A stretch of 64,000 bases of DNA, taken from positions 9,364,001 through 9,428,000 of the forward strand of contig NC_087252.1 in assembly GCF_037042905.1 (NCBI RefSeq), read 5' to 3'. This document shows positions 1 through 13,833 of the stretch, in pieces. The translations under genes were made by a program, and so were the position numbers. The first letter of the stretch is position 1; each line of letters opens with the position of its first letter. The notes under the pieces are model-generated. The model ran no database searches. It had not been told where the DNA came from and saw only the letters and a list, made by a program, of their open reading frames with translations. The DNA comes from Lytechinus pictus (lineage: Eukaryota).

Positions 1-4
1 ACCT

Positions 5-158
5 GGGGCCCGTTGCATAAAACTTTTTACCTGAGAAAACTCAGATTGTTTTTACCGGAGTTTTTGCCCTGTGCTAAAGTCAATGGCGGAAATCAGACTA
101 ACCTTAGTTTTCAGTTTTTACCAGAGTTTTCTCAGGTAAAAAGTTTTATACAACAGGC
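5..158. repeat. Small palindromic MITE
   Basis: GTTGCATAAAACTTTTTACCTGAGAAAACTC at the left pairs with GAGTTTTCTCAGGTAAAAAGTTTTATACAAC at the right; a partial copy lies at 46362-46485. Confidence 0.75.
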
Positions 159-1732
159 TTTAAAAAGTAACCTTTTAAGGACTGCATTTAGTGACTCATG
201 AATAGTATATCTCACGAACTAAATAATGAGAGCGCGAACCGCAAGCTTAAAATTTGTGATATTCCAACTTGAAAACTTGATATTCCAACTTGAAAACTGG
301 ACATTTTATACATTTTTTTTTGTAACCAGGAATAGAATGAGTTCCTCAATAAACAATACTTGATGCGAACGAGAAACGTGAGCCAAATTTTTCCGATTTT
401 CCAACCTGACAACTGGATATTTTAGTAAGCATTCTTGTCAAAAAAAATAATTGATGCAAGTGCTAATAAGCGCGAGCCCAAAAGGGTATTCCATTTTGAA
501 AAAGGTCACCTTTTTTCCGACGGGTTTTTTTGGGGGGCAAGTATCCACTTCCGCCGCCACTGGTTAAAAAAACACGCATCGTTAACTGCAAAAAGTTCTT
601 AAAATGTCCCCTTTAGATCAGGTCAGAGCTTATATTTAAAATTTCTGTTCGCGCTTCTTGCTAGCAGTTATTACCTAGTTACATAGGCATCTCGTTTTGA
701 AGATCACAAACATATTGCCCATCATATTACAAAAAAATATAGCTCGCGCTCGCATTATTTAAAAAGGGTATATCATGTTATTACATATTTACTTTATTTT
801 ATAAGTATAAAGCTAATTATTGACTGTTAGGACTACCCTTTCAAAGAAACAAAAAAAAATCAACTTTAAGCTGCCGATCGAGGAAAATATGGCTGAAAAA
901 AATTTGCCCCCCCCCCCCTATTTGTCAAAAGTTGGATCCGCTGGGAGGGAGGCAGGGGGCACTTGCACCCCAAAAATGAAATACAAAACAGGGAAATGCA
1001 TATTTTTCCAAAATGGGAAAGTTCCTTTTTCAAAAATAAATATGCTGTTTTCATGTTTTTCGAAATAAAATACTCTTTTTAAAGTATAAAAGTTAAGTTT
1101 TCAGGCTGGAATATTGCAAATTTTCAGCTTGCGCTTCGCACTCTCAATTATTCGATTGGAGAAATATGTATCCTAAAGAGGTCACTAAATGCTTTCTTTA
1201 ACAGGTTCCTTTTCTGGTCAGTATGTTTAAGCTCGCGTTTTGCGCTCGTGTTAATTCTTTAGTTAGATGCACATCTCTTAATGACAGCAGCAATCTGCTC
1301 GGATTTTTAAAAACTTATTTTCATTTTTTTTATTGAAATACCCTTAAGTTTTAGCTTGTGATTTACGCTCGCAACACCTCGCAATAATGCCATTTTAAGA
1401 ATAATTGACCCCTAAACGATTTTTACAACATCACCTATATTTTTTTTTACCAACCCGCTCGCTCATTATACTCTCTCCCGAAAAATAAAGCCTAAATATA
1501 TATTTTGCCATAATAAGAAGTCACTTCAAAAAAGCTTTTCTCTACTTAATGACTATCAAACACACAATGACTTCAAGCAGATGATTATCTTAAGGTGAAA
1601 ATATCACCAAAGTGCCCATTTTGACGTATGAGTTTCATTTTTTGGCTTTACTCCCCGAAAGAAAATTCGTTCGGCCGCCCTTGCCTTCCCATCCTCATAA
1701 CAATTGAACGGCAACAGTGTAATTTTTTCATT

Positions 1733-2211
1733 TTTCGGATTAACGAACCTTATTTTGTTTTCGGATTAACGAACCTCATTTCGTTTTCGGATTAACGAAC
1801 CTTCGGAACAACGAACCTTGTTTCGTTTTTGGATTAACGAACCTTCGGAAAAACGAACCTTATTTTGTTTTCGGATTAACGAACCTTATTTCGTTTTCGG
1901 ATTAACGAACCTTCGGAAAAACGAACCTTATTTCGTTTTCGGATTAACGAACCTTCGGAACAACGAACCTTATTTCGTTTTCGGATTAACGAACCTTTGG
2001 AACAACGAACCTTATTTCGTTTTCGGATTATCGAACCTTCGGAACAACGAACCGTCGGAATAACGCCACAAACGTTCGGATTAACGAACCCTTTTGCGTT
2101 TTCGGATTAACGAACATCGAGGTATAGGCAATTTACGTGTTTCGGAATTACGAACCTTCGGAATAAAGAACCTTCGGAATTACGAAGCTTCGGAATTACG
2201 AAGTGTAACCG
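1733..2211. repeat. Composite minisatellite forming the foldback terminal array
   Basis: Tandem units CTTCGGAA(T/C)(T/A)ACGAAC (about 16 bp) and CTTATTTCGTTTTCGGATTAACGAAC (about 26 bp). Confidence 0.95.
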
Positions 2212-5200
2212 TTGATATGTATGGTGTGATAACTAAGTAATTACAAAAGCCAATGATAATACGTGCTTAGTTGACAAGATAATCATTGATGCACCAAATT
2301 TATCTAAGTTAGATCTAAATGTAGATTTTTTTTTTCAATTTGATTGTGGAAAATAAAATAGGCCCTACATGTAATTGCTGCCGATTGATCTGTTTTGGAT
2401 GACATGAACTACTGGATAAGCCTGTAAGCTGTGTAAGTATGATTGTTTGATTTCCATCATGATTGTAATAAGATGCGATTATATTACATACATCATGTAC
2501 ATGTAGGGCTACATTGTGCAGTCAATCTTTCTTATATCCTTGAAATGTTCTCCTTTAAATCTTTCATCATGTATCATTCCGCCTGTCTTCTGACCGCATT
2601 TTGTGCAATGTTGGATGAGTTCGACTCTCATGAAGTTCCAAATTTAAATTAAGAACTTTCATTGGTGGCAACAGCATAAAATGAGGGTCAATCTCTCACT
2701 CTACCTCTTGTTTCTTTTATTTCATATTTAGTGTACATGTAACGGTAATGCGTTAATTTAGATAGTTGTAAAGAGGTTGTTTTATTAAGCAAATGCATTT
2801 TAATGCCAATATGAACTTTATATGGCATTGGATGGGTGAGGAGGTGCCATGGCCGCATTAGTTTAGTCTGCAGGCACAGACCGAATGAAACTTGTTCTAA
2901 GTGTGGCTCCACGTAAGGACTAGCACATACAAAACTTGCTGTTTTCAGTACACAAGGCACGAGTAGGACGACAAGAACACACTTGTCGAAACGTCAAGAT
3001 TTGGTGGTCCTTTTTTAGGACCAACATTTGCCCAAGAAAGATACATGATGACCACGAAACCTACTACACTATCTCAGATGTTTTTTGCTACACTATTCTT
3101 TTTCGCCATGGAAACTTCCAGAACAACATTTGAGATGGTACAGAGATTGAAGATTTTTGGTCTAGAAAATGTGCAAAGTATTGGCAGTGCAGAAATGAAA
3201 GTAATATTTAAAAAAAAAAGGAAGCTACATGCAAACCAACTGGATTACTAAACTCATTTGTCCATGTACTGACACCATGAAAGCATTTAGGGTTATCATA
3301 GACTTGGTGGTCAATGATGTTCGAATATGCCTCGTGAAAATTGAACTCACCCAGTACACAACAAAGAGTTTATAGCCAAATTGGTACTAGGCTAGACAGG
3401 AATAACCATTTATGGGGATTTATTTAACAATTTCTGACACTTTACTAAGTGAGAGAAGCCAACGCAGTTCAGCAAAACAACCAAATACAGATACTAAAGC
3501 TTTTGGTCTAGTACTGTACTAGGCCTACTTGGGTATTTCACTTTCCTTCGGAATAGTTTTACATCACGGTGGCAACTATAAGGATAACCCTGGCCTGTAT
3601 CATATATGAAAATAAAATAAAGCATGTTGATCTCGAGAGCACCGAGGTACATGTATGTAAGGCATTGAAGTGGTATAAAATCCAAAGAACACCATGGTAT
3701 GTTTTTACAGGGCATAAAGGGTTGAAATATTAAGAACGCTATGAAAAATTCTGTAGCGATAGGAATATAAGGGGAAACTAGCACTAGCCTTATTCTGGTG
3801 ACAACTGACAAGACCACTTATCCAATGTAAAATTGTATGATATAAGTAACCTAACGTTATCCTCATTTAGTAAACCTTGTGTTGTGTGATGATTGAAATG
3901 AATAAATATTTATTTACTTTCTTTTTTTATGTTTTTTTTTTATCTAAACTGGATAAAGCACTTCACTATTTGGTACAGTCCTGGTTGTAAATTCATTTTA
4001 TGCATTGGCCCCAAACCCCCAAAATAAATTGAATTCTTGAAATTAATTTTGTTCTTATTAAAAGGTTAGAAGAATTGAATATCTGCATTCTGCACAGCAC
4101 TTATCTCACTTTACATCAATTAATAGGCAATATATGTTTCATCTTCAAAATCTAAATTCACAAGTTTGATTCAAATTGTCATAGTTGATTTTAATATTAA
4201 ATGAACATAATTCCCAATTAAGGATACCAATAATCTTTCTTATAACATGTTTGCATACATTTTTTGCCTGTACATTTTGTCATGTTTAAAATTTAACTCA
4301 CTGCATGTAGATCTAGATCTAATGTTAGATCTATTTGGTATTATTAATAGATCTAGTAACATTTTTTGCTGTACTTTTTTGTTAATAGGGCCACATGGAA
4401 AACCACCAAGTTGATGATGTGTGCCGCCCTGTGGCCTATTTAAATATCAGAAATCAAAAATAAATAAATAAATAATTAAGGGCCCACTCAGTCAAACTCA
4501 AACTAAAGTCAGTAAAGACAAGCACAAACATGACAAAGATATGCCCAAATCATTCATGTTTTGAGTGCTCTGGTAAAAAAATAAAAACAAATTCAGCTAA
4601 ATTTACAACGGCACAAAATCTACAATAAGAATTTAGGACATGAAACTAGTATTTAATGGATTTAATGGCACCACATGACATTCCGGTACATCTCACCTCT
4701 CGCTCTCCAAACGACCCGTGGGGGGCCAGCAGAACCTTACATCCAGCCCCACAGTTTCGGGGAAAATTAGTGCAGCGTCCCGCTCGCTACAGCAGCAGTG
4801 AGCATTTACGGCGTGCCACGAACTCGGTTGCCATTTTTCAAATTAACGATATTTCACGTATTTTGTTATAAGATCGTATAAATTTGATAAATTTAGGTGG
4901 TCGCTAATATATTGATATGAATGTGCAGCGTTAAAATAAATTTCTATCGCCAATTTCCGACATAATTATAAAAAATGATTCAAAATTTTGCACGCATTTC
5001 CAATGGTAGCAGTCGACAAAAAGGCCCGGTTGGAACTATTCGAGACCCTTCAAATTTGACCTTTGACCCCTGTTGTCGCAACCTTGTTTCTATAGGGCCT
5101 TGACGCTTGTGCGTTGCTGCCCTCTACGATCGTTGATTGTAACGAAATGAAAGGTTTATTAAATGTTCAGCATGGTTTCGTAACAGTGAAGAGTGTAGAA

Positions 5201-5227
5201 TAATTTTTCATCCATGTAAACAGTGCG

Positions 5228-6562
5228 TATAAAAAACGGGACAGTTTTGAAAAGTCTACATAAAAAAATTGTTTCAAATTATCATATGTATATTTTGATG
5301 TTAATAGATGCTCCGAAATCTTTGAAATGCAATTTGAAAAAATAATTCTGTTCATGCTTGAAAGAACAAGGGACGTTTTTGTCTGGGGTTCAAAAAGAGG
5401 CTTGCGCCAGAATCGCAGAATATGAGTAATATGATGATCAAAGTTCTTGTTGATCAGCAGACTTCCTCTTAACCTTTTCATTATCTATGCCATAATTTTC
5501 GAATTATGCTGTCAAAGAATATTTACAAATATATTCATTTACTTGAAATTTTTTTTTTCATTCAAACTTCTTTTACCTTTGAATTTTCCTTCATAAAAAC
5601 AGGAGACCTTTTGTCAACCAAAGCAATAAGATTTGTATTATTAATTGGGAAAAATTTGTAATTATTCAAATCTTTTTATTATGTGAAACAAATCATGTTA
5701 TGGTATACCTTTAGAAGACATGAATCCATTTTTCAAGGGGTTATTGATTAATTGACCAAGTTTAATTATATGCTTGACAGTACAAACAGGAAGGGATTCA
5801 TGTTTTTCAATCGCAATGGTGTATTGAGTCAATTTTGAAGGAGCTAGATATGGCAGATAGGGTAAAATGTAATCTAAAAGTTTTAAGCGAGCGAAGCGAA
5901 CACGCAAATATTCCCACTTTTATTACAATATCAAATTTTGTAATAGATTTTGACGATATTCATAAAATAATATCATATTTTACTTTCTATCTTTCCTTTT
6001 ATTTCCTTTCCACTTTTTTTTCTTGATCATGATTTTTTTTTGAGAGGGGGAGCATCCCCGGGCCCCCGCCCATCTGCATAGCACTGTTCAAGAGGCACCA
6101 TAACCTTTCTAGCACACAATGAAAGGATTTGAAAAAAAAATACACGCTCTCCCATAGTTTGGTTGAAAAAATTGTTTTTACTTGAAGAAGGAATATTCAA
6201 AGCTGAAAGAGAATATATTAAAAAGAACAACAAAACAATTCAAGCAAATAAATAGATTTGAAAGTTAATTTTGACCGCATAATTTGACAATTATAGCAAA
6301 GAAAATGAAAAGGTTAAAAGGAAGTCTGCTGATTAGCAAGAAGTCCAATCATCATATTTATCATTTTATGCCATTTTGGCGCAAGCCTCCTTTTTAACCC
6401 CAGACAAAAACATTCCGTGTTCGCTCAAGTATGAACGAAAATAATTTTTTTCAATAGCATTCGAAAGATAACATCTCAGAGCACATAAACACACTAACAT
6501 ATAGACATCATAATTTGAAACAAAAAAAAATTATAGACTTTTGAAATCTGTCCCTTTTTTAA
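5228..6562. mobile_element. Old non-autonomous element with long diverged inverted arms
   Basis: About 5230-5500 (TTTTTGTCTGGGGTTCAAAAAGAGGCTTGCGCCAGAAT...CAGCAGACTTCC) is an imperfect reverse complement of about 6290-6560 (GGAAGTCTGCTG...TTTGGCGCAAGCCTCC...CCCCAGACAAAAA). Confidence 0.65.
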
Positions 6563-7356
6563 GTTGCAATAGGAAATTCAGTAATCGTTTGCAATTTATT
6601 ATGTACGGACTTTCTTTAAAATGTTTTAAGCACTATTTGCTGAGAAATAACGATGTTCACAACTGTGTTATTATGGAAGATATTCATTTTTAATTGTTCT
6701 CCACTGTTTGGGTATAAAAAGTAGTGACAATCACCAAAGTTGTTGTTGAAAAGATTTATTCATGGCTCTAACTGTTTTTAAAAGATGATTAAATTTTACG
6801 GCCTGACAATCTCCCTCCTTAATCGTTGAGCATAAGCGAGCTTCATGCACGATTATGAGCCATGCGCTATCATTGGCAGTAAGATGTTCCAGAAATAAAC
6901 TCTCTCAAATAAAATTGGATCCTGCTGGACAGGATGAGCGTGATTTTCAATAAAGTTACACGAACTGAATGCCTCGCTTCCTGCTGGTCGTTATTTTGTC
7001 GTATGGATCTAAAAGCATACATGGTCGGAAAAGCAGAAGGAGTGAGAATACTGATTTTTCTGAGATACGGAAATTACCGAGATACTGAAAATACTGAATT
7101 ACTAAGAATACGAAAAGTACTGAATTACTGAGAATACAGAAAATATTGATATTACTGAGAATACTGAGGATACTGGAATAATTGAGATAAAGGAGATACG
7201 GAATGACGGAGATGTTAAAATCCATGAGATATAATTTAAGTTACTGAAAAGGAGCAAAGAGTCAGAATTGAAAAAGAAGGACTTTTCACTAACTGGTTGT
7301 ATATTGCAGCCGAAAAGAAGCAGCTCGTCAGGAGAGACAGTCGGTTCGGCTACACG

Positions 7357-7374
7357 TGGTGTCAGAAGTGGGAT
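7357..7374 (+). other. Primer binding site complementary to the tRNA-Leu 3' end
   Basis: TGGTGTCAGAAGTGGGAT is the reverse complement of ATCCCACTTCTGACACCA. Confidence 0.85.
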
Positions 7375-7894
7375 TGTTGGTGTAGAAGTTCAGAGGAAAT
7401 GGATGTTCGAGGACAAAGAAGGTGTGCGGTTTCGCCGGCCGAGGTGATGGAGAAGTTGGAGAGCAGTATGGCGGAGATTGATCAGATGATGGCGGAAATA
7501 GGGACCAGGATGGGGATGACGCCATCATGGGGGACTGATGAGGCGTGCAGTAGGCATCGGTCGAGAGTTCAGTTCCGATCTTCACCAACTGACAACTTCA
7601 GACCAGCACGGTTACTGCAACCTACTAAACTTGAACATGAATTTTTCTGGACTTGGCTGCAAGGTACCCAGCATAGACGAGGACCCAAGATGAGAACCGA
7701 ATCGGGAAATATACTGCTAAATCATCATGAAGTTAGATCAAAGGAACCAAATATTGTACCGGACCATTTTTTTACGGCCGCACTCCGGTTGAAGACTATC
7801 TAAACCATTTTCAAGCGTCTGACAGCCAGCCTGAGAGGTTCTGCGGTTACACTGCAAAAAAAAAACAGGAAGGCGACTAAGTTACTATGAACTA

Positions 7895-8200
7895 ATGGAC
7901 AGAATGAGGAAACGATATGGTCTAGGTGGTAACGCAGATGTCTACTTTGCCGAGTTGCGACAGCGACGGAGAGGATCAGGTGAGACACTTCAGGAATTAG
8001 GACGGAGCATAAGAGATCTGAAGGCTCTCGCCTATCCTGAATTTGATGAAGTCGGACAAGACCGGTTGGCGAGGGGGGTACTTTATAGATGCGATTGGAG
8101 ATTGCAAAGTCCGAGAAGGGGTATTCCCCTCGCAACCAAGATCGCTGGACGATGCAATAGAAGCTACTCTGAATGCGGAGGCGTTCTCAAGGATGGAGGA
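7895..8200 (+). pseudogene. Gypsy gag (capsid) fragment, frameshifted
   Basis: RMRKRYG...YFAELRQRRRGSGETLQELGRSIRDLKALAYP...DRLAR, continuing after frameshifts as YFIDAIGDCKVREG and QPRSLDDAIEATLNAEAF. Confidence 0.8.
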
Positions 8201-8216
8201 TCAAGGATAACCAGCG

Positions 8217-8378
8217 CCACCTAAATCTAAATCGGGGCCAGACAAGAATAATCAGGGCCATCTGGTTATAACTCGGCGCTGCCAGAGTCTTGATCGGCGC
8301 CGATCAAAAATAATCAGCTCCACCTAAATCTAAATCGGGGCCGGACAAGAATAATAAGTGCCATCTGGTTATAAATCG
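8217..8378. repeat. Local direct duplication of about 60 bp
   Basis: CCACCTAAATCTAAATCGGGGCC(A/G)GACAAGAATAAT...GCCATCTGGTTATAA occurs at about 8217 and about 8320. Confidence 0.9.
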
Positions 8379-8444
8379 CATTAATTTGTTGGTAAGATAT
8401 GTGTCTCTATCTCATGAGTCATATTATACATATAGTGCATGCTG

Positions 8445-8595
8445 TTGAGTTCAATATACCTTAGTATGAGTGTCCATAGATTTCAAATTTCTCGCGTGCG
8501 TTTATATTTCAACGAGGCCGTAGGCCGAGTTGAAATGTAAACATACAAGAGAAATTTGAAATTTATGGATACGAATGATATTGTATATTGAACGA
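8445..8595. repeat. Imperfect palindrome of about 150 bp
   Basis: TTCAATATAC...ATTTCAAATTTCTC...ATTTCAAC, then centre GAGGCCGTAGGCCGA, then GTTGAAAT...GAGAAATTTGAAAT...GTATATTGAA. Confidence 0.8.
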
Positions 8596-10863
8596 TAATA
8601 AGCATGTACTATGCGTTATATGAGATGGGAACACAGAAAAATTACCGCAGAATCGTTTTCCTCAAGGTATCGATCGATGGATCACCTTATGAGGTTTTGT
8701 ACACAAGCTACCGTGCAGAAATTGCCGGTATATGCCACGATCGTGGCCATATTCCGGATTACGTCATTGCAATTGACCAATCAGAAGCCTTCTCTCATAC
8801 CACCCATCTTATATAAATATATATGCATATGTGTGAGTTTGTTTGTTTTGTGTGATATCGAGTTTGTTTTTTTTTTTTTGTATTTATTTCCATATAAAAC
8901 AAATTACACAATCAAATTACAAGAAGAAAAAGAAAAATCGTCAAATGAAATATGAAGGATTGCCCATTTCAGCGGCATTAACATAATGCCGCTGTTCTTC
9001 CATGTGGTCCTTCTGGAAAGTTGATTCATGATTTTGCCCCCCCCCCCCCCCATCTGAAAATCTGAAGGATCGACGCCCCTGTGTATAAATATATATGTAC
9101 ATATAGTAAAAAAAAAAATTGTACCTCTTTTAATATACAAAAGTATTGGCCTCATCGCAATAAAAGGGTTAATACGCGAGGTTTTGAAATCGCACATAAC
9201 ATGCATAATTTGTGTTACTTTTTGCTTGTTTCTTTCTTTAGTTTTTCAATCTCCCTCTCTCTATATATATTATGTTTTAGAAAGATTATATGTTTAAATT
9301 GATGTATATTTTCTGTTATGATGAGAAATGTTTAAGTGGACTTCAGGGAGTGGTCGTACGCAGCAAGGGGGAAGGGGGGGGGTGGAAAATTCGCGATCTG
9401 CTGTTGTGAAAAACAATTTTTTCCTTAACATTTCATGAAAACTATGAAAAATGTGCAAATGTGAGATGTGCACCAAATGTTCGAGTCTTGCCCCCCCCCC
9501 CCCCGGGGGGGAATGTTATCTGCGATGTGGTCATGCAAAATGGCATGACTGGAAATTCTACATTTTGAAAAGAGCATTTGACAGGGTCAGACTTTACCCC
9601 TCTTTCAATATTTTATTATATGGCGCCGGTGAAGTGCAAAAATATGTGCGCCGCTCGGCAGTGCGCCCCCCCCCCCCTTCGCCAAAAGCTGGATCCGCCT
9701 ATGCATATTAACGCATGCAAAATGGTTTTCCGCTGGAGAGGTGATCTGACCCATGAAATCAATTGCCAGTGATCCACCAATAATCCACATTAAATGCAAT
9801 ATCGTTTCTATGGACTGTAGTTAGTTAATTTCGTTGTTCATGCATGATATGACATTTACACCAGTCGCGTGCTTATGTACAAACGCTGTTTGATTATAGG
9901 GGGCGTGGCTATCCATTATTGAACATGAAGATACACCCACCATGCCTACGTGTGTCTCAGATTCGCTTTATGATCGAAAACACGCATGCAACCTTGCCAG
10001 AGAAGGTGTGGCTATATACATGCATGAACAAACGTCCATCTATTCAACTAATATGTTCGCTATTATACGCATGGGTTAATTTCAATATGCCTTACCGATA
10101 ACATTGCCATGTTAAATATGTTAATTTAGTGTATCTCCAGATATCTTGTACATGCGTTGTCTGATCAGAGAAGGCGGGCTATTTCATGCATGATTAACGC
10201 ACACCTATTTTTGCTTTTAATTCACTCAAACGCCCAACGGGTCAGGTATTTGAATACTGACTGATGTGGGCTTAACACCCGGCTTTAATACATTTAATTA
10301 TTTCCAAATCAGCCCGATATCCATGTGTATTATTAACTAGCACATGTTCAGCCCCGTGTCTGTTCAGAGAAGGCGTGGCAACTCCGACATGCATGACTAT
10401 CACGAATATATGCTCGCCAAAGCAGGAGTAAAGTGATTATTCGACAGGCCTACCCTGGGCATGAATCTGCTATTTAAAATTGATTGATACAATATGATTT
10501 TTTTTTTTTTTTTTCAATCAACTTTTGTATTAAATATCCCTCACATCATCTTAAGGCATATTTCTGGGTATACTCTTAATTCATTTTCATGTGACCGCTT
10601 ATATATACATATATTTTTGTGTGTAATGATTTCAAATCTTATATGTACTTGGGTGGTTGAGCTCTGCTCTACTCTTCCAATGATATGTTTTTGCTGACCA
10701 AGATGGGTCTTGTTATTTTTGTACATGTACTTTACATTGATATTGACTGCACATTTGCACCACAGACACGCATGAACACCCATTCAATCACTAGCAAACG
10801 CACCTACACCACAAGCACCATTGCAGTTGACCCCTTACTTAGGTACTTTACATTTTATCAATT

Positions 10864-13833
10864 TTGATGGAGTCCCTCTCTTTTATTCTTGATAATTACA
10901 TAGAAAATTCACATGACAGCAAATACTATACACCTCAAGAATTTAATAACATGTCTGATAGTAATCCCGATCATATTTCCCTTTTACATGCAAATTTAAG
11001 AAGTCTCAATAGAAACTTCGAATATTTTGAAAATCTCTTACACACATTAAATAATTTCAAATTTTCTGTTATTGGTATTAGCGAGACATGGTTGCATGAT
11101 AATTCCCCAGATTTGTTTAATTTACCAAATTATAAGTTGATAAGGGCAGACCGCAAAGGAAAAAGAGGCGGAGGCGTGGCCTTCTATATTATTGATAAAC
11201 TGAAATTTAAGATCCGTTCCGATGTGAAACTCTTACATGCAGAGTCTTTGTTCATTGAAATTGAAAACACAGGATTTAAAAATATCATCATAGGTTTGAT
11301 TTATAGACCACCAGGCTCTAATTTTGATTTGTTTTATGAGGAACTAGAGCAATATTTATATGCAATAGGAAATGAAAATAAACATACTTTTATTCTTGGT
11401 GATTTTAATATCAATTTCCTACCCTCAGTCGACAATAATCACTCAATCAATTTTATGAAACTAATGTTCTAATTCGGCTTCCATTCATTCATCAATAAAT
11501 CCACTAGAATCAACCCAAATTCATCTACTCAAATTGACAATATTTTTTCCAACGTACATAGCAACATGAATAACAAAATGATAGGAGGAATTTTATGCTC
11601 TGAAGTTTCAGACCACCTACCAATATTTTTAACTTGTGAATTGAAATTACCGTGCCCCAAATAATTTAACCAACGCTCATATCGAAAAGAATCTAAACGT
11701 AATATTGAATTAATGAAGCAAGACTTATTACTTGAGGGGTGGGAGGATGTATATAATGAAACTGACGCAAACACATCGTATAATCTCCTAAATAATAAAT
11801 TACAACATTATTATGAAAAGAATATTCCCATAGGAAAGGTAAAAAATAATCGAAAAACACCCAAACAACCCTGGATAACAAAAGGTTTATTAAAATCGAT
11901 ACAGACACGTAATTGCCTTTACAAGTCACATTTACGCAATCCTACTGAAGCCAATTTAAAAAAATACAAAGTATATCGCAACAAGTTAACAAAATTAATT
12001 CGTTTATCACGTAAAATGTATTATACTAATAGAATAAAAGATGCCAGTTCAAATACTTATACTACCTGGAAAATCATCAAAGATGTAATGGGAACAAATG
12101 CAGATCCCCCACCTACCGATAATATCACTTTAAATGGTTCGAAAGTTGACTCTTCCCTTCATGCAAACTCATTCAATTCATTTTTCACAAATATCGGACC
12201 CGAACTTGCAAGCAAGATCAATAGCCAAAATGCGCATTTCACGGATTATCTCCCCGAACCTAATCCACATTCATTTTTCTTGAACCCTACGAACCCCACA
12301 GAAATTCTCAACATTACAAGGTCTCTTAATAGCTCAAAATCTCATGGGCATGATAAAATTAGTATGTCTCTTTTAAAAGAAATAATTCACCCGCTTGCAA
12401 ACCCTCTTAGTCATGTTTTTAATAAATCTCTATCACAAGGTATATTTCCTGACTTATTCAAAATCGCCAAAATCAATCCAATTTTTAAAAAAGACAATCC
12501 TCATGAAATAAGCAATTATCGCCCTATATCTCTACTCCCTAGTATATCCAAAATCCTTGAGAAAATAGTATATAATAGACTTTATGAATTTATCAACAAA
12601 CACAATTTATTAATTTCTAATCAATATGGCTTCAGAAAAAATTATTCAACAAACTTGGCTTTAATTCAAATTTACGATAAAATAACAAACGCCATAGCTA
12701 CCAAAGAGCATGTCATTGGTATATTTTGTGACCTCAGTAAGGCGTTCGATACACTTAATCATAATATTTTACTTTCAAAACTTAATTATTATGGTATACG
12801 AGGTCAATCACTCCTTTGGTTTAAAGATTATTTAATGAATCGAAAACAATATGTCACATTTAATGGCAACGATTCTAGTTCACTTTCAGTTCAATGTGGT
12901 GTCCCTCAAGGCTCCATTCTAGGCCCGCTTTTATTTTTATTATATGTCAATGATATTATCAACACATCTTCCATTTTATCATTTGTATTATTTGCTGACG
13001 ACACAAATATATTTTTTTCTCATAAAAATATAACTTCCCTAAACAACATATTAAATCTTGAATTGATTAAAGTTTCACATTGGTTTAAAGCAAACGAACT
13101 ATCCTTGAACTAAAAAAAGACCCACTTCATCCATTGTAAACATTCTCATATTACAGATACTCCAATTCACTTACAGATTGACGGTACACCATTAGAGCGG
13201 AAGACTCACTCTAGATTTTTAGGCGTCATCATAGATCAAGCTTTGTCTTGGAATGAACATCTGCACCATATCATTATATGTATCTCGAGAAATATTGGAA
13301 TAATTTCCAAGTTGAAATTTATTTTACCTCATAAAACTTTACTTCTATTGTATAATTCGTTAATACTCCCGTATATAACATATTGTAACGTTGTTTGGGC
13401 TAATTGTGGTTCCACAAAACTTACTTCTATTTCTAAATTACAAAAAAGAGCAATTCGCATTTGTACAGGATCGCATTATTTGGCTCACACCGATCCTTTA
13501 TTTTTTAAACAAAAGACATTAAAAATTGCCGACTTATATACTATTCAAATAGCTATAATTATGTTTAAATATATTAACAATCTGCTCCCTTCGTCTTTTG
13601 ATAACATGTTTAAATTTAATAGTTCTGTCCATACTTACCCAACGCGCATATCCGGAAACTTTCATCTCTCTAACCCCAGACTGTTAATTGCCTCTAAATC
13701 AATTCGACATCATGGTCCAGACATTTGGAATGATCTTCCAAACAATATTAAAACTTGTTCAACCATATACTCATTAAAAGCCACTCTAAAGAAAACTATC
13801 ATTCAATCTTATCAACCCCTCGCTCCAAATTAA
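10864..13833 (+). pseudogene. CR1-like LINE ORF2 (APE endonuclease + reverse transcriptase) with in-frame nonsense mutations
   Basis: The three listed ORFs share one frame, broken by stops near 11470, 11662 and 13111. EN motifs GISETWL, IYRPP, GDFN, SDHLPI; RT motifs NYRPISLL, DLSKAFD, GVPQGSILGPLLF, LFADDT. The 3' UTR runs to about 14180. Confidence 0.95.

Larger units (their letters stand above)
1..2211 (-). mobile_element. Foldback-type DNA element, copy 1 (truncated by window start), inverted relative to 43774-47246
   Basis: About 570-2211 is the near-identical reverse complement of 43774-45305, and 1-125 is the reverse complement of about 46362-46487. Ends in GAATTACGAAGTGTAACCG, the reverse complement of the terminus at 43774. 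Confidence 0.8.
6930..8230 (+). mobile_element. Gypsy-type LTR retrotransposon relic (partial 5' LTR, PBS, decayed gag)
   Basis: LTR-like end GGCTACA at 7354 followed by a PBS, with gag-like coding downstream. The LTR start is uncertain; short GAATTACTGAGAATAC-type repeats lie at 7070-7200. Confidence 0.75.

Noticed and set aside
1733..2211. CRISPR-like regular repeats and the repetitive ORF NEPYFVFGLTNLR
   Set aside because: No unique spacers and no cas genes in a eukaryotic context; this is a transposon terminal minisatellite.
2580..3820. Possible minus-strand exons, including a Cys-rich CSCRPTRALCTENSKFCMC stretch
   Set aside because: Multiple stops in all frames and no recognisable domain; it may be a decayed transposase but cannot be supported.
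7297..7803. 168-aa ORF as a host gene
   Set aside because: Runs across the LTR end and PBS; part of the Gypsy leader and decayed gag.
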